A stretch of DNA of 64,000 nucleotides from Eledone cirrhosa (Eukaryota): assembly GCA_964016885.1 (NCBI GenBank), contig OZ024741.1:375286001-375350000 (forward strand). Reading direction: 5' to 3'. Within the stretch, counting starts at the first letter, position 1, and every line of letters starts with the position of its first letter. The translations under genes were made by a program, and so were the position numbers. Positions 1 through 14,376 of the stretch are shown in pieces. The notes beneath the pieces are model-generated. The model ran no database searches, had not been told where the DNA came from, and saw nothing but the letters and a program-made list of their open reading frames with translations.

Positions 1-470
1 TACCTGTGATCCCACTACATCTTTTATGCACCCATACTTTGCATTTGGGACATAAAATGGAGTTTCTGCCTACTCCTTTCCTACACACTGAGCATGGCCA
101 TTTTCCGGATGGGACCAGTGCCCTATTTTTCTTCCTACATATTAGAACTTTAGTCTTAGACAAGTTAATTTTGGTTCTAGGTCATGCTTCTATGTTTGGA
201 ATTTCTTCTCTAGTTCAGCCATTGGTTCGGCTATGAGCGTTAGATCATCTGCGTATAGAAGTTCCCATGGGCAGCCGGTCTTGAACTCCTCTGTTATAGC
301 CTGGAGGGCGCGATAATAACTAGGAGAGGGCTAAGGACGGAGCCCTGATGAACATCAACTTTTACGGTAAACTCTTCACTATATTCGTTGTTAATTCTAA
401 CCTTGCTGACTGTTTCTTTATACATGGCTTGTATAGCTCTCACAAGCCATTCATCAACACTTAGTTTTCT
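1..470 (-). mobile_element. RTE-clade LINE fragment (RT to Cys-finger region), same family as 30056-33310; runs off the window edge
   Basis: Reverse complement closely matches 32128-32605. Confidence 0.9.
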
Positions 471-670
471 GATGACTTTAGTTCGGATCTCGCTGTCGAA
501 ACGGCCGGAGCTCAGCCGTCAGGGTCCTGAATCTTTTCATATATTTATATATATATATATTTGGAAGCTCGACAATGAGTGCAAGATTAAAAGTGCCAAG
601 CTAATAGGAGAATAAAGGACAGAGAAAAGTGAGTGAGGACGATAGTATTTTACCTTAACAATTTTATTGA

Positions 671-709
671 TCTCAAATATTTTCGGATTTAAAATCCATT
701 CTCAAGAGA
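671..709 (-). ncRNA. Minimal type I hammerhead-like motif, U3-A8 core variant
   Basis: TCTC-TTGAGAA-T-GGAT(TTTAA)ATCC-GAAA-ATAT-TT-GAGA, then AATAAA. Confidence 0.55.
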
Positions 710-715
710 ATATAT

Positions 716-771
<56 letters not shown>

Positions 772-878
772 ATAAATATATATATATATATGTAAAAGGT
801 AAACAGAAATAACAACACAATCGCTACAGTATATGGAAAGGATATATGAGGTTAACGCTTGATATAGCAGGAAGAGGG

Positions 879-913
879 TCTTAGCGTTTCGGATGCTAGT
901 CCTTCATCAGAAA
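879..913 (-). ncRNA. Minimal hammerhead-like motif
   Basis: TTT-CTGATGA-A-GGA(CTAGCA)TCC-GAAA-CGC-TA-AGA; stem I is weak. Its 3' flank (790-877) recurs inverted at 5141-5229. Confidence 0.45.
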
Positions 914-1084
914 AAAGAATGAGAAATAAGTTAGATTGAGGGGACGGGTGGGATGGAATTGGAAAAAATGTCTTTAGCTGAAAATAACAGGTCCATTCAT
1001 GTTGACAGGGATTGTATCATCCAGTTAGTGTAGGTTCAGACATAACAAATCGTCCCTTTTATCATTATTGCACTCTGCTTAGTA

Positions 1085-1161
<77 letters not shown>

Positions 1162-1246
1162 GCAAAATAAAAACAACAAAACGAACAAAAACAACAAATA
1201 TAAAAAGAGAAACAATGGTGGGTGGATGATGATAATTCATTAAAGA

Positions 1247-1252
1247 TTTATT
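1247..1252 (-). promoter_or_regulatory. Candidate polyadenylation signal AATAAA of the DUF885 gene
   Basis: tttatt on + strand, about 65 nt downstream of the stop codon; usage not demonstrated. Confidence 0.45.
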
Positions 1253-1315
1253 AAATAAATAGAAGAGTATTTCAATGCGAAATGGTGTGTTAGGATTTAT
1301 ATTTGTTCAGTTACG

Positions 1316-1566
1316 TCAAAGAATGTTGAGTGGAAAGAAAATGTGTGAAGATGACGTCAGTAAAAGAGTAGTGAAGCTAGCGGTCATTAGAGCGAGAGCT
1401 GATCGTCTGCTCAGCCACTTTACAGTGGCGCCACCTGAGTGATGATCGGCTGCAGATTGTTTCACTTCGTCGATCCATTCTAAGATGACTTCTTCCAATA
1501 AGGCCAGCGACATTCGACCGTTTTTTAAGATTTGATGGTGGAAGTCTTTTATATTAAATAAATTAC
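1316..1566 (-). CDS. DUF885 terminal coding exon (NLFNIKDFHHQILKNGRMSLALLEEVILEWI...SGG...LALMTASFTTLLLTSSSHIFFPLNIL*)
   Basis: aacacAG acceptor, phase 1, TGA at 1316-1318; 'F..K.FH..IL..G...L..LE' family C-terminus followed by a hydrophobic tail. Confidence 0.93.
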
Positions 1567-2047
1567 CTGTGTTAATATAGAAAATGTAGAAGATATGAAA
1601 TGAATTTAGTTACATACATTCTTATACATAAGTACATGTATACATACATACACACATACGTAAAAGATAAATACATACATATATGCACACATCAATATAT
1701 ACGTACATCATTGCATACATAGATAAATGCATACATTCATAAATACCTCAGTACATCAATACATATACACACACATTCAGGACATCCATACCAGGTCTAT
1801 ATACCTCATTACTGAATTGCGAAATAGTTCTACTTTGAAACTGTCTGGATGTTAATAGTTATTATAGTCGGTTCGTATACCTTAATTTATCCTTTTAATT
1901 GAGTTCTGTGAATCGTACTATCTTTTGTTAATATATTCGTCACCCTGGAGGTTTTGTATTCCTTATGATTTAAACATATATATATGTATATATGTGTGTT
2001 TCTCTCTTTACTGTGTTACGTAAATAAATAAGTATATATATATATAA

Positions 2048-2101
<54 letters not shown>

Positions 2102-2235
2102 CAAAGAGGGTGTGGTAACATATCAGGTGGACCATAACGCACCAGAGTAGTCAATACTTAGGGTAGTAGAGTGGGTAATAGGAAAAGATTCAGGATTCCG
2201 ACGGCTGAGCTCCGGCCGTTTCGACAGCTAGATCC

Positions 2236-2280
<45 letters not shown>

Positions 2281-2844
2281 ATGGAGAGAGAGGGAGAGAG
2301 AGAGAGGGAGGGAGTGTGTGTGTGAGAGAGAGATAAATACATACATACATGCATACATACATACATAAAATAGGTGCACTAACACACACATACACACATA
2401 TATATATATTTAGCATATAGCTAGATCATATTTTCAGAAGATATAATATCTATTACTTAGAAGTAAGTAAACTGAAAAAGAACTATGTACCCTGCTCAGA
2501 AACACATCAATAGGAATACAAATATAGACATAAACATATGTGATAGACTCTTTTCCGCTCACTCATACAGCCTCATATATATTCATGTTTACCTAAGGAA
2601 TTAACTACACGCACACACACACACACATGTATACATAATGTTTTTCTTTATTTAGCGCCCCCACCTCTCTCTCTGTGCTTTAATTTCAAAATTAGGCTGT
2701 GTGGGTTACAATAATAATATCATAAAAAACACATGGGACACAAAAGAAACAGAAATCTTGGAAGAGACAAAGCACAAGGACAGTTTCCGCTCGTCAGCTG
2801 TCTTTTGGGGATCATTGTAGTTTCGGATGCTTTTATATTTCTTT

Positions 2845-2947
<103 letters not shown>

Positions 2948-3063
2948 GTTATTTCGGGTTGAATCGGAGGTAACCACAGTAAGTAAGGTACTCAATACAT
3001 TGCAGAGTATAAAAGTTTGATGATTTCTAAAGAATGAAACAGTTCTAGTCCTGTAGAATCTCA

Positions 3064-3123
<60 letters not shown>

Positions 3124-3619
3124 CATATATATATATATACATACATATATATATATATATATATAAAGATTTACATATACATAAACTAGACAAAGTCATA
3201 GATATAGATATATATATGTGTTTTTGGCGACCATTCACGATGTGGCTCAATGACGAATTAATGAAATAATCAACAATCAGAGCAATATACAATAAAGTAT
3301 GTCCATAGAATCATTTGACAAAATATATACACCATCTCCTCTCCCAATCAGTATAATCAACCACACAAAAAAAACAATTAAACAAGGCTATACGATTAAA
3401 AGGCACCTATGAGGAAATAATAGATAAATAAACGACAGCTATCTATCCGCGATCAACAGCTATAGAATAATTACCCAGCATTTCTAACAGCACGTGGAAA
3501 TCGATTAAATATATCGTCAACCATACACAATTAGGTATAAAATCAAAGTTAGAAAAAAAAGTATATAAGTATACCAAAATTATGTATATAATTTGTCAAA
3601 TGATTCTATGGACATACTT

Positions 3620-3659
<40 letters not shown>

Positions 3660-4019
3660 CCCAAGTTTTGTTTGGCACAGGAAAAATGTGAAACCAACCA
3701 ATACGTCAGAGGACAGCAACAACAATGTTTACACTCGTCAGCCACCAATCTAGAATAGATGCCTGTGTGTTTCGTACTAAATTACAGATGAGATCACGCT
3801 CTAAGCAGGAAGTCAGTGGACAAGAAAAATCTCTATTCATTGGACGAGATTCATATCGGACGATACAGAACAATACACTAACCGTACAGAAAATATATAG
3901 GGAAACAGACGAAAGGGTTAATAAACGAACGAAAGTCTTTTCACTAACAACAAAATAAAATTATAGGTTTAACACCCTACGACCGAGACAACACAAGAAG
4001 AGACAGAAGTTAAGCAAGT

Positions 4020-4090
<71 letters not shown>

Positions 4091-4200
4091 CTGATCAAGG
4101 AAAGGATGATACAACAACATTTTTTTAAACTCTTGATTGTACAGAAATGCTCAAAGGCTGTAGAAATCAGATACTGTTGTTAGAGTCTGATTGTTTAAAG

Positions 4201-4355
4201 CAGCGGTCGCCAACCGGTGGTCCGTGAGAGAATTTTGGTAGTTCGCAGAAAAATTTTAATGTATGAATTAAAAAAAAAAATTCATATTAGTGGTCCGAGG
4301 GATTTAAAATGATTAATTTAGTGGTCTGTGAAGTCCGAAGGGTTGGCGACCGCTG
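4201..4355. mobile_element. hAT (Charlie-like) MITE
   Basis: Perfect 15-bp TIR CAGCGGTCGCCAACC; 8-bp TSD GTTTAAAG at 4193-4200 and 4356-4363. Confidence 0.9.
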
Positions 4356-4559
4356 GTTTAAAGTATATAATGTTTGCAATATAATATAAAATAGGAAAAG
4401 AAATTAAATAATGAAAGTAAGGAGAGCGGGAAGGGGGAACGTCCGACTTTACATCTCTGTCTGGAGCGTATATTTATCTCTGTCTGGAGGGTATATTTCA
4501 GCTGCGCTCTGCGGATGATTGGCGAAAGCAACGTCGCGGAGAAGAGCCAGCGTCACCTG

Positions 4560-4735
4560 TTGCACTATTGCCAGACTACGAAGCACCTCCTGATATGCCC
4601 CCTGCTGGAACACCCCTCCACAGCATTGGACTTGGCAGAGTTTAATGAGAAAGGACAGCAATTTGTTCGCCTGTGGCGGAACCACATCTTGCCAAGCTTT
4701 GTAAATGATACTGTTGTGGACACGACAAGAAGTTT
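4560..4735 (+). mobile_element. 3' end of a non-LTR retrotransposon (RTE-X-like C-terminus)
   Basis: Frame reads QTTKHLLICPLLEHPSTALDLAEFNEKGQQFVRLWRNHI, followed by a GGACACGACAAGAAG tail; recognised by pattern only. Confidence 0.55.
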
Positions 4736-4835
4736 CCTTCAAGTTTTATACAGATTTCTACAGAAACAACTCTTTAGCGTTATCTATCTTTTCTATCACC
4801 AATATATTTGTTATTCTTATCTAAAAGGTACTCAC

Positions 4836-5005
4836 CTAAAGAGCTCTCAGCTATACTTCTTAATTCTTTAATTTTCAGTTCTCCAATTTTATATGTGCAG
4901 GCCTGACCAGGCCAAGTGATGTATCGATCTACTTCTATCTCAACCTGAGGAATTGGAAATTCTGTGTAGTTCGTTATAAAACTGATTGCGTCTTCTCGTG
5001 TCCAC
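4836..5005 (-). CDS. DUF885 exon (WTREDAISFITNYTE...EVDRYITWPGQACTYKIGELKIKELRSIAESSL-G)
   Basis: gtttcAG / GTgagt; 170 nt, phase 2 to 1; EVDRY..PGQA..YK.G signature. Confidence 0.96.
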
Positions 5006-5077
5006 CTGAAACATAATAATGAAATCGATGAATTCTTTTGAATAAAATAGTTCTAGTCGTGTAGAAGCCATTTCTAT

Positions 5078-5142
<65 letters not shown>

Positions 5143-5394
5143 TCTTCCTGCTATTTCAAGCGTTAACCTAATATATTCCTTCCATATACTGTACCGATAG
5201 TGTGTTGTTATTTCTGTTTACCTTTTACACACACACACACACACACATATTTAATTGTTTCTACATTTGGCACAAGGCCAGCAATTATCCAGTGCATTAC
5301 TGGTACTTTATTTTATCGACCCCGTAAGGATGAAAGGCAAAGTTAACCTCGACGGGATTTGAACTCAAACCGTAAAGGGACATAACTATGCTGG

Positions 5395-5462
<68 letters not shown>

Positions 5463-5484
5463 CATATTTATATACATACATATT

Positions 5485-5515
<31 letters not shown>

Positions 5516-5522
5516 TTATATA

Positions 5523-5566
<44 letters not shown>

Positions 5567-5567
5567 A

Positions 5568-5598
<31 letters not shown>

Positions 5599-6622
5599 AT
5601 TATTTATTTATTTGTACACAAGCATACACACACACACATATTTATATGTGCGTGGTTTTGTATACCTATGGTAAGGTTTTGCGTATGCTTGTGTATGTAC
5701 GTATCTGTTTGCGTGTATGTATTTATTTGTTTCTATTACTTCTGTATTGTATTTATTTACTTTGTTCTTAACTCTGTAGCGGAGATTCATTTGGTCTCCT
5801 AGTTAGAATTTTAGTCTACAACTTCTGCTATACCATTTACGTGGTTTTGTCTTTGCGTGCTATTGTTCTCCACGCTCCACATATGACTTATTATCTTCGT
5901 TTTTTCGTTCATTGCCAGAGAACGTCTCTATGCACCACCTAAGAGAACATTAGTCTACGACCTCTTTTATACCATAAACGTGGTTCTGTCTTTGCGCGTA
6001 ATTGTTTTTCACCGCTCCTATTAATGACGTATTATTCGTTTTTTCCCGCTCTTTGCCAGCGAATGTTTCCACGAACCAAAGTATCATCTTCCTGTCTTCC
6101 TCCGGTTGCAACGTTTTTTGAAATATCCAGTTCTGCGTTTACAGATTGACTTTGTTAGTTTCAGAAGATCCCGTTAAGGGTGAAAGCAGCGATTCTTTGC
6201 TTAAACTTTAATCTGTTATTTTAATAAATCATCATCATCATCATCAGGTTTAGCGTCCGTGTTCCACGCTTGCATATACATACATATATTGTTAAACTTT
6301 GAGAGGGTCATGCTCCCAATAGAAATACACGCACCTGTTGGTTTTCACTTCAAGTCGGTTAGTTTAATAACCAGATGGTTGTTTAGTTGTTGTCAAAGCT
6401 CTTTCGTCACACATTCTGTGAGCTCTTCATTGACTACTTTTTTTTAGTTATTTTGTATCTCTCCTTTGTTTTGTCCTACACCATCTTGTTTTTGTATTAA
6501 ACCAACCAACAGGTGTATGTGTTTTTATTGGCAGCATGACCCTACCAAAGTATAACAATATCTGTTTCAACACATGTTTCCAGATAAGAAATCTTGCAAA
6601 ACAAATACAAAAATGAAGTATA

Positions 6623-6665
<43 letters not shown>

Positions 6666-6884
6666 TGTAAGTAATTGTTTAATTAACTGGTAGTTAAGGT
6701 TGTGTGTGCGTGTGTATGCGTTTTAGTTAAATGTGTAACAACAGTTACAGGTGGTGCGCCGTTCGAAGCACTCGATGCTATTGAAAACCAACAGGTGCGT
6801 GTTGATATATATCTATATCTGTATGTGTGTTTGTATGTATGCATGCATGCATGTATGTGTGTATGTATGTATGTATATATGTAT

Positions 6885-7493
6885 GTCAGGTCACCAGCTG
6901 GTGCTACTGGTAACATGTATCCCAGTACAACCTGTCTCATGGTCGGGTCGTTGGCGACTAAACTGGCAACCCCACCAAGGTTTCTTGATGAGGAGGGTGA
7001 CTTTGGACATCCTGCAGGACTAAAAAAAAAACCTGTCAAAGGGCAAAGGAGCTCTTAAGAGTCAATGGCCATCCAAAATCACCGGGAGAGATTACCCCTT
7101 AGCCTTTGTCAAGGCAGAATTCTAGGAGAAGGAAAACTCTGATATAACACCTGCAACCCTGATGGTATCCAATGATGTTGACTTGTTCTTCTTTTTGGTA
7201 AATATCATCTTGGTTAAGAGAGTGGGACTGGCTTTGTGCAGTGCCTTTGCTCACTATAAAAGCTTCACGGCACAGGCATTGCTTTATATCTGGAGATCTC
7301 TCTGCACTTGTCATCACATGGTACCATGAGCCCAGCACTATGTGTCACTTATTGTCACAAGTGTAGTGTTTGTACCTGAGTTTTCAAATCGCTGGCTGGA
7401 CTAAAAAGTCACACTCGTTCAGCGCATCGGTAGGGGTTCTCCTACATGGATATAAAATAGTGGCCGTACTCGAAAACGAGTTGGCAGCCACCA
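6885..7493 (+). mobile_element. ~610-bp non-autonomous RTE-derived element flanked by (TATG)n
   Basis: Near-identical to the reverse complement of 46864-47470; RTE-type 5'UTR motif (CTAGGAGAAGGAAAACTCTGA) and RTE-type 3' end (GGCCGTACTCGAAAACGAGTTGGCAGCC). Confidence 0.75.
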
Positions 7494-7634
7494 TATGTGT
7501 ATGTATGTATGTATGTATACATGTATGTATATGCGTGCATGTGTGTGCATTCATTCAACAACAGACTTGTCTGTTTACTACATTAGATCACAACGTTAGC
7601 TGGATAGAATTTCACCATATTCCTTCAGACCTAC

Positions 7635-7706
7635 CCGAAGGCATGGATCCCAGAATCAACAACCAATCGTATAGCCCGGAATATTTCTGAACAGTAACGT
7701 CCAAAT
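7635..7706 (-). CDS. DUF885 exon (FGRYCSEIFRAIRLVVDSGIHAF-G)
   Basis: ttttcAG / GTaggt; 72 nt, phase 2 to 2; RAxRLVVD(T/S)GIH signature. Confidence 0.96.
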
Positions 7707-8789
7707 CTGAAAATAAAGAAAAAAAGTAAAATTCATCATCACAATTATAAAATACACTTAATAATAATGTTATTGTCAAAGATCACCAACAACGAAGTAT
7801 TAATGAAAATAGATGATAGCATATCTCACAAAGAAATGGAAAATAATCAAATATAAAGATTTGGAAATAAAGATTGGTTGAAAACAGAGCTTTGAGAATG
7901 ATTTAAAAATATATGCTGACAAATACCGCACGAAAATCTCAACATTTACAGATTTGCACAATAAACATAAAATACCACCATTAGGTACAACACATACATA
8001 TATATAGGCTGAGAATTGGCAGAGTCGATAGAATGTCGAGCAGAATATTTTGTGGTATTCGTTTCGGATCTCTAATCTCTGAGATCAAATCCCACCGAGG
8101 TCAACTTTGCCCTTCATCCATTCGAGGTTTATAAAAAAAGTACCAGTCGATTCTTCCTCTATATCTCTTTCTTACTTCTCTCTCACACTCTCTGTCTTTT
8201 TCTGGAAGAAATCTGTTGTATTCAGACATGTGGAGGAGATGGGATCCGCCAGGTTAAAAAATATCTTAGAGACAACGTATGTCAATACGACGCCCATAAG
8301 ACTTCCTCGGGAGTTACGGTATGAGCAAGGAATATAAATAAAACTGTTGAATAATAAATAACGCTAACATTTCTAATTTTGGCTCAAGGCTAGCAATTTT
8401 GGGGGAAGGGAAAGTCGATTATATCGACCCCAGTACTTGATTGGTACTTTATTATATCGACTTCAGAAGGATGAAAGGCAAAGTTGAGCACGACAGGATT
8501 TGAATTCAGAACGTAAACAGATGTAACTGAATGCCACAAAAATGTTGTCGACATTCTAACGATTGTGCCAATCCAACGAATAATAATTGTTTCTACTTTA
8601 GGCACAAGGCCAGCAATTTAAAGGGGGAAGGGGCGACGTCGATGAAATCGAACCCAGTGCATTACTGGTGCTTTATTTATCGATCCCATACGGATGAAAG
8701 GCAAAGCTCACCTCGGCGGTATTTGAACTCAGAATGTAAAGAGCCGTAACTCTATGCAACGAAGCATTGTTGTCCGACACAATAATAGG

Positions 8790-9000
8790 GACTTATACCG
8801 ACTTTAAATACCTTAAAATGTTGGAGTAATGAAGTGAAGACAGTTACCGTTGTGACAGTGGTGATTGGTGTTCTTGACAGGGTGACAAAGAGCCTTGAAA
8901 ACTAATTGTCGAAAATAATCTTTGCACCAGGGATTGAACCACACCGGAAGATCTGCCAACTGGGAACAGCCCAAATGTTGAGAAAGGTTCTGGACTACCA
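8790..9000 (+). mobile_element. Decayed restriction-like endonuclease C-terminus of an R4/Dong-like non-LTR element
   Basis: Translates piecewise to TVTVVTVVIGVLDRVTKSLEN...QLGTAQMLRKVL, matching the 'VVIGALG...LGTA.ILRKVL' pattern. Confidence 0.6.
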
Positions 9001-10797
9001 GCAGTAGTTAAATGACAAAGAATGATATAAAAAGTTGGAGTTACCCTAGGTTGCTAGCTGTAGTCTGGTATTTCCTAAAACAGGTATGTCCCCCGAGGGC
9101 CACATCGGTCACATATGTGTTGTCTGGTGGCCACAGATGACAACTAATTTGCACACATTACAACTAATTTTACGATAAAACATCTGATAAGATAAAACAT
9201 CTGTAAAAACCTTTGTGCGGGCCGCATGTTTGACATATTTTAGAATCTAAAATATCTCGCTCAAAGCAACATCAAAGCTGGTCGTGTTCAATAGTTAAAT
9301 AATAATAATTGTTTCTAATTTTGACACAAGGCCAGCAATTACCTCAGTGCCTTACTGGTACTTTATTTTATCGACCCCGTAAGCCAACCTCGACGGGATT
9401 TGAACTCAGAACGTAAAGGACAATAACTCTATGCTACAAAGCATGGCGTCTGACGCTCTACCAATACTGCCAATCCACCGCCCTATTATTATTAGTCAAA
9501 TAATAATAAGGGTTTCTTATAAAGGCACAAGGCCAGCAACTTTGGGGGAGGGGGAAGTCGATTAAGTCGACCCCAGTGTGTGACTGGTACTTTATTTTAT
9601 CGACCCCGTAAGGATGAAAGACAAAGCCAACCTCGGCGGGATTTGATCTCAGAACGTAAAGGACAATAACTCTATGCTGCAAAGCATGGCGTCTGACGCT
9701 CTACCGATACTGCCAATCCACCGCCCTATTAACATTGGTGGATTGGCAGTATCGGTAGAGGGTCGGACGCTATGCTTTGACGCATAGAGTTACGGCCCTT
9801 TCCATTCTGAGTTCAAATCCCGCCGAGGTTAACTTTGCTTTTCATCCTTACGGGGTCGATAAAATAAAGTACCAGTAATGCACTGGGTAATTGCTGGCCT
9901 TGTGCCAAAAGTAGAAACAATTATTAGTCAAATGATAATAATATTAAAGGTTTCTAACATTTGTGTCTTTTATCTTGCAACTGCATCTCTATTCAAATTT
10001 ACATTCCGTCAGTTTATCTGTAACTTTACATCGCTTATTTATTTGTTTATTTATCTAACTCTATATTTATTTATTTATTTATTTATTAAGTCCATTTAAG
10101 ATCGATTATATCCACTGCAGTACTTTATGGGCAATTTATTTCCTGGACTTCAACAATAAAATACGTTCAATGCTATTAACGTAATTATTAACGGTACACA
10201 CATACTAATAGATGTATAACTATTTACATTAACAGTTTTATCATGATGAGATTGTGATATGGTGGTGCTTTGGCAGAATCGGTAGAGCATCGGACAAACT
10301 GTTTTACAGTATTTAATTACCACTTACAACATGAAGTCGTAATTATGGACAACGAAAGAACCAAACATACATGTATATATTAGGTATTTCATCTCTATAG
10401 TTTGGATGAATAAGGTGGCAAATTGGCAGAGTTGTTAGAAAGTCAGATATAATTCTTTGCAGCATTTGTTCCGACTCTCTGCATTCTGAGTTCAAATCGC
10501 GTCGGGGTCAACTTTGCCTTTCATCCTTCCAAGGTCGATGAAATAATGTAACAGTTAAATACTGGAATCAATACAATTGATATTCCCCTTTTCCTCAAAA
10601 CTGCTGGCCTTGTGCCTATAGTATAAATAATTATAATATCTTGATGTTATAAAGGTTAACGATACCACCACTTCCAGAAGGAACTACATCTCAAATTATA
10701 AACTATGCTGCTTTTTGCTGCCGTCGTCATCATGTCTCATTATAACATATCAATCAAGGACGCAAGAGAGACACTTAAGACACGTCAGAAACGGTAC

Positions 10798-10845
<48 letters not shown>

Positions 10846-11072
10846 ATGTGTGTGAGTGTGTGGGTGTGTAAGAGTATGAGTGTGTATATATAAATAATGA
10901 TACATGTATGTCTATACGCAAGCACACACACATACATATACATATATATGTGAGTGTGTGTGTATTCATATGTGTGTATATGCCTGTGTGTATGTGTGTG
11001 TAAGAGTATGAGCGTGTATATATATATAAATAATTATATATGTGTGTCTATACTCATACATATGCATGTATG

Positions 11073-11151
<79 letters not shown>

Positions 11152-11459
11152 ATATATATATATATATATATATGAGTGTGTGAGTGTGTATGTCTGTGTG
11201 TGTGTTTATATATTTATATATGTAAATAACCGGTTAACTTAAGAAGCATGGGAACGAAGAAGACATTTCAAATATCTTTCTATCTATATGCATACATACA
11301 TACATACACACATATACGCCCCCCCCCCCCCCACACGTACACACACACACACATGTACACACACTTAACATAGTTTAATAAGTATATTGGCACGAAACGT
11401 TAAAACACTTGTGTCACTTTTGCAAATAAACAAAACAAAAAAAAGCATACATATTATAC

Positions 11460-11580
11460 GTACATACTATACATACATACTATATATACATACTATATAG
11501 ACATACTATACATACATACTATACATACATACTATATATACATACTATACATACATACTATACATACATACTATACATAT
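11460..11580. repeat. 13-bp minisatellite (CATACTATA(C/T)A(T/C)A)n
   Basis: About 9 tandem units visible. Confidence 0.85.
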
Positions 11581-12061
11581 TCACAGATGCACACAAACAC
11601 ACATATCTATCTAGAGCAAGGAATAAGAGAAACAAAATATATTTTACACATATTCCTTGACAGCAGACGATAAGTGATGAAATATTGTATATTGTTTGAC
11701 TTCATTAGGTTAACTTTGCCTTTCATCCTTACGGGGTCGATAAAATAAAGTACCAGTAATGCACTGGGTAATTGCTGGCCTTGTGCCAAAAGTAGAAACA
11801 ATTATAGCATATTATAGGTTAACTTTGCCTTTCATCCTTACGGGGTCGATAAAATAAAATACCAGTAATACACTGGTTAAATTGCTGGCCTTGTGCTTGA
11901 AGTAGAAACAATTATAGTATATTATATATAATTCATGTATTTTGTAATTATTTCTGTAGAAATTATCTCATTTTTTCATTCAAGTGGATATCTGCTTGCA
12001 TGTATATATGTATGTATGTATGAGTGTGTAAATATATATGAATGTATATATATATATGTAC

Positions 12062-12168
<107 letters not shown>

Positions 12169-12555
12169 GACTATATACTGACTCCACGCATACTTAAGAT
12201 GTCAGCATCTTATATCTTTATAATAGTCTGTCGTAAATTGATATTAATGTTGTTCGCAACATAGTTTTTTTAGTTTTTTATATTTCCTAATTGTTGGTGT
12301 GTGATGATAGTCATAGTTATCATGATTGTAATTGTGGTTAGCGTAACGGAGAGCAATGGGTTTAGAGAAGGGCAGTTAAAGTAGTCGACACTGGGTGGGG
12401 CTATATATTCAGGGGCTATTGTGAAACACAAGAATGATGTGTGTAAATGAGAGAGTGAGAGGCGTGTGGTAATTATGCCAGTGGGTTAGGTTGGAAAACG
12501 CGGTTAATTGTATAGCTGACATAAATGCAAAAACAAAAACAAAGAACAACACTCC

Positions 12556-12636
<81 letters not shown>

Positions 12637-12639
12637 CGT

Positions 12640-12970
12640 ATATTCATATTAATATATACATATATATATACATACATACATATACATATATTCATATTAA
12701 TATATACATACATATATACATACATACATATATATTCATATTAATATATACATATATACATACATATATATTCATATTAATATATACATATATATATACA
12801 TACATATATATTCATATTAATATATACATATATATATACATACATATATATTCATATTAATATATACATATATATACATACATATATATTCGTATTAATA
12901 TATACATATACATACATACATATATATTAATATTAATATATACATATATATTCATATTAATATATACATA
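12640..12970. repeat. ~30-40-bp minisatellite built on TATTCATATTAATATATACATA within (TA)n
   Basis: Repeated TTCATATTAA cores separated by variable TA/TACA runs. Confidence 0.8.
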
Positions 12971-12979
12971 TATATATAC

Positions 12980-13052
<73 letters not shown>

Positions 13053-13906
13053 TATACATATATATACATATCAATATATATATATATACATAATTATTAT
13101 TATTACTATGAAATTCAAGAAACTGAGAGTTTCATAGTCTTTGTTGACAAAGGCACTTATCCATTATCAGAATTACCGTATGTACGCTTTGTCATCACAA
13201 ACCTACACACATGCACAATCACGCACACACACACGCGTACGCACATATCCCCCCCCATATATATATATATATATATATAGGACTGAGGACAACTGTCAGC
13301 TTCACATCACAATACCCAATTTTTAACGGCCTTTATCCCATAATCCTACCCCAGGCAACCATGATTTCGTGTCCTCCACCATTCGTCAACTTAACCCAAC
13401 TGCTACTAATCTTATAGTACGCATCCCTCGTACACGCACCATCTGCCCCCCCCCCCCCCCCAGATACATAAGCTCGATAATCTCGGTCGCGTTATCGTTT
13501 CAGCCTGAAATTATCTCTCAATATATTGACACCATCCTCGCCCTCCACCCTATAGAAACCGACCTCCCCTCCCACATCCACGACACTAATCATGCCCTTC
13601 GGACAGAATGCAGAACACACTGCCTCGGAGTATGGCCAGGGCGACGCGCTGGAACAGCCACTTCATCTCATTGGGTTCGCTCTTGTAGGTAGCCAGCTCT
13701 GTTTCGATAGTAGTGCATAGGGATGTGGTCCGGGGACGAAGAACGCCGGAAGTCTCCACTGCTACAAGCTCGATCATAAACCTATCAGAAAGCGGCTGCA
13801 TTAATTATAAGTGGGTATAATTGTTTATTTAACATAATTTATGATCTTTGCAACAATTTTAAAAGATACTTTCATTTCTAAACTTTTTACAAAATCATTA
13901 TATGTA

Positions 13907-13963
<57 letters not shown>

Positions 13964-14254
13964 CACTTTGTGTATGTGTGCATGCGTGCATGAGTGTGTA
14001 TGTGTGTGTGTGAATTTCGCTTCTGTATCTTTTATATCAGTTAATTTATATATATATATATATAAATATACATATATATATATATGTATATTATATATAT
14101 ATATTTATATTATATATATATTATTTAAAATATTAACAAATATATTATATTTTGAATTAATATTAATAACTCCGGAAAACCATTATTGTGGAGTGCTTCT
14201 AATCTATTGTAAAACTTTATTCATTGATTTATTCATTGAACCTTGTTTAACCTT

Positions 14255-14347
<93 letters not shown>

Positions 14348-14376
14348 GTGGTTACACAACAGTTAGTTCACCATAC

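Larger units (their letters stand above)
8010..11910. mobile_element. Dense cluster of tRNA-derived SINE copies (approx. 8010-8150+, 8370-8580-, 8587-8780-, 9310-9485-, 9512-9727-, 9736-9920+, 10415-10625+, 11708-11800+, 11817-11910+)
   Basis: A-box-like TGGCAGAATCG, B-box-like GAGTTCAAATCCC and a shared core GCCTTTCATCCTTACGGGGTCGATAAAATAAAGTACCAGT. Further copies near 5253, 17583, 20520, 20725, 34540, 43915, 44640, 46110, 48175, 50210, 53970, 56055, 61950, 62385 and 63065. Confidence 0.85.

Noticed and set aside
6915-6970. Partial HDV-like ribozyme pattern in the RTE-derived element (GG-GTCG-TTGG-CGA-CTAA-ACTGG with upstream CCAGT)
   Set aside because: P2, P4 and J4/2 look plausible and RTE 5'UTRs can carry such ribozymes, but I could not build convincing P1, P3 or L3. 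A covariance-model search would be needed.
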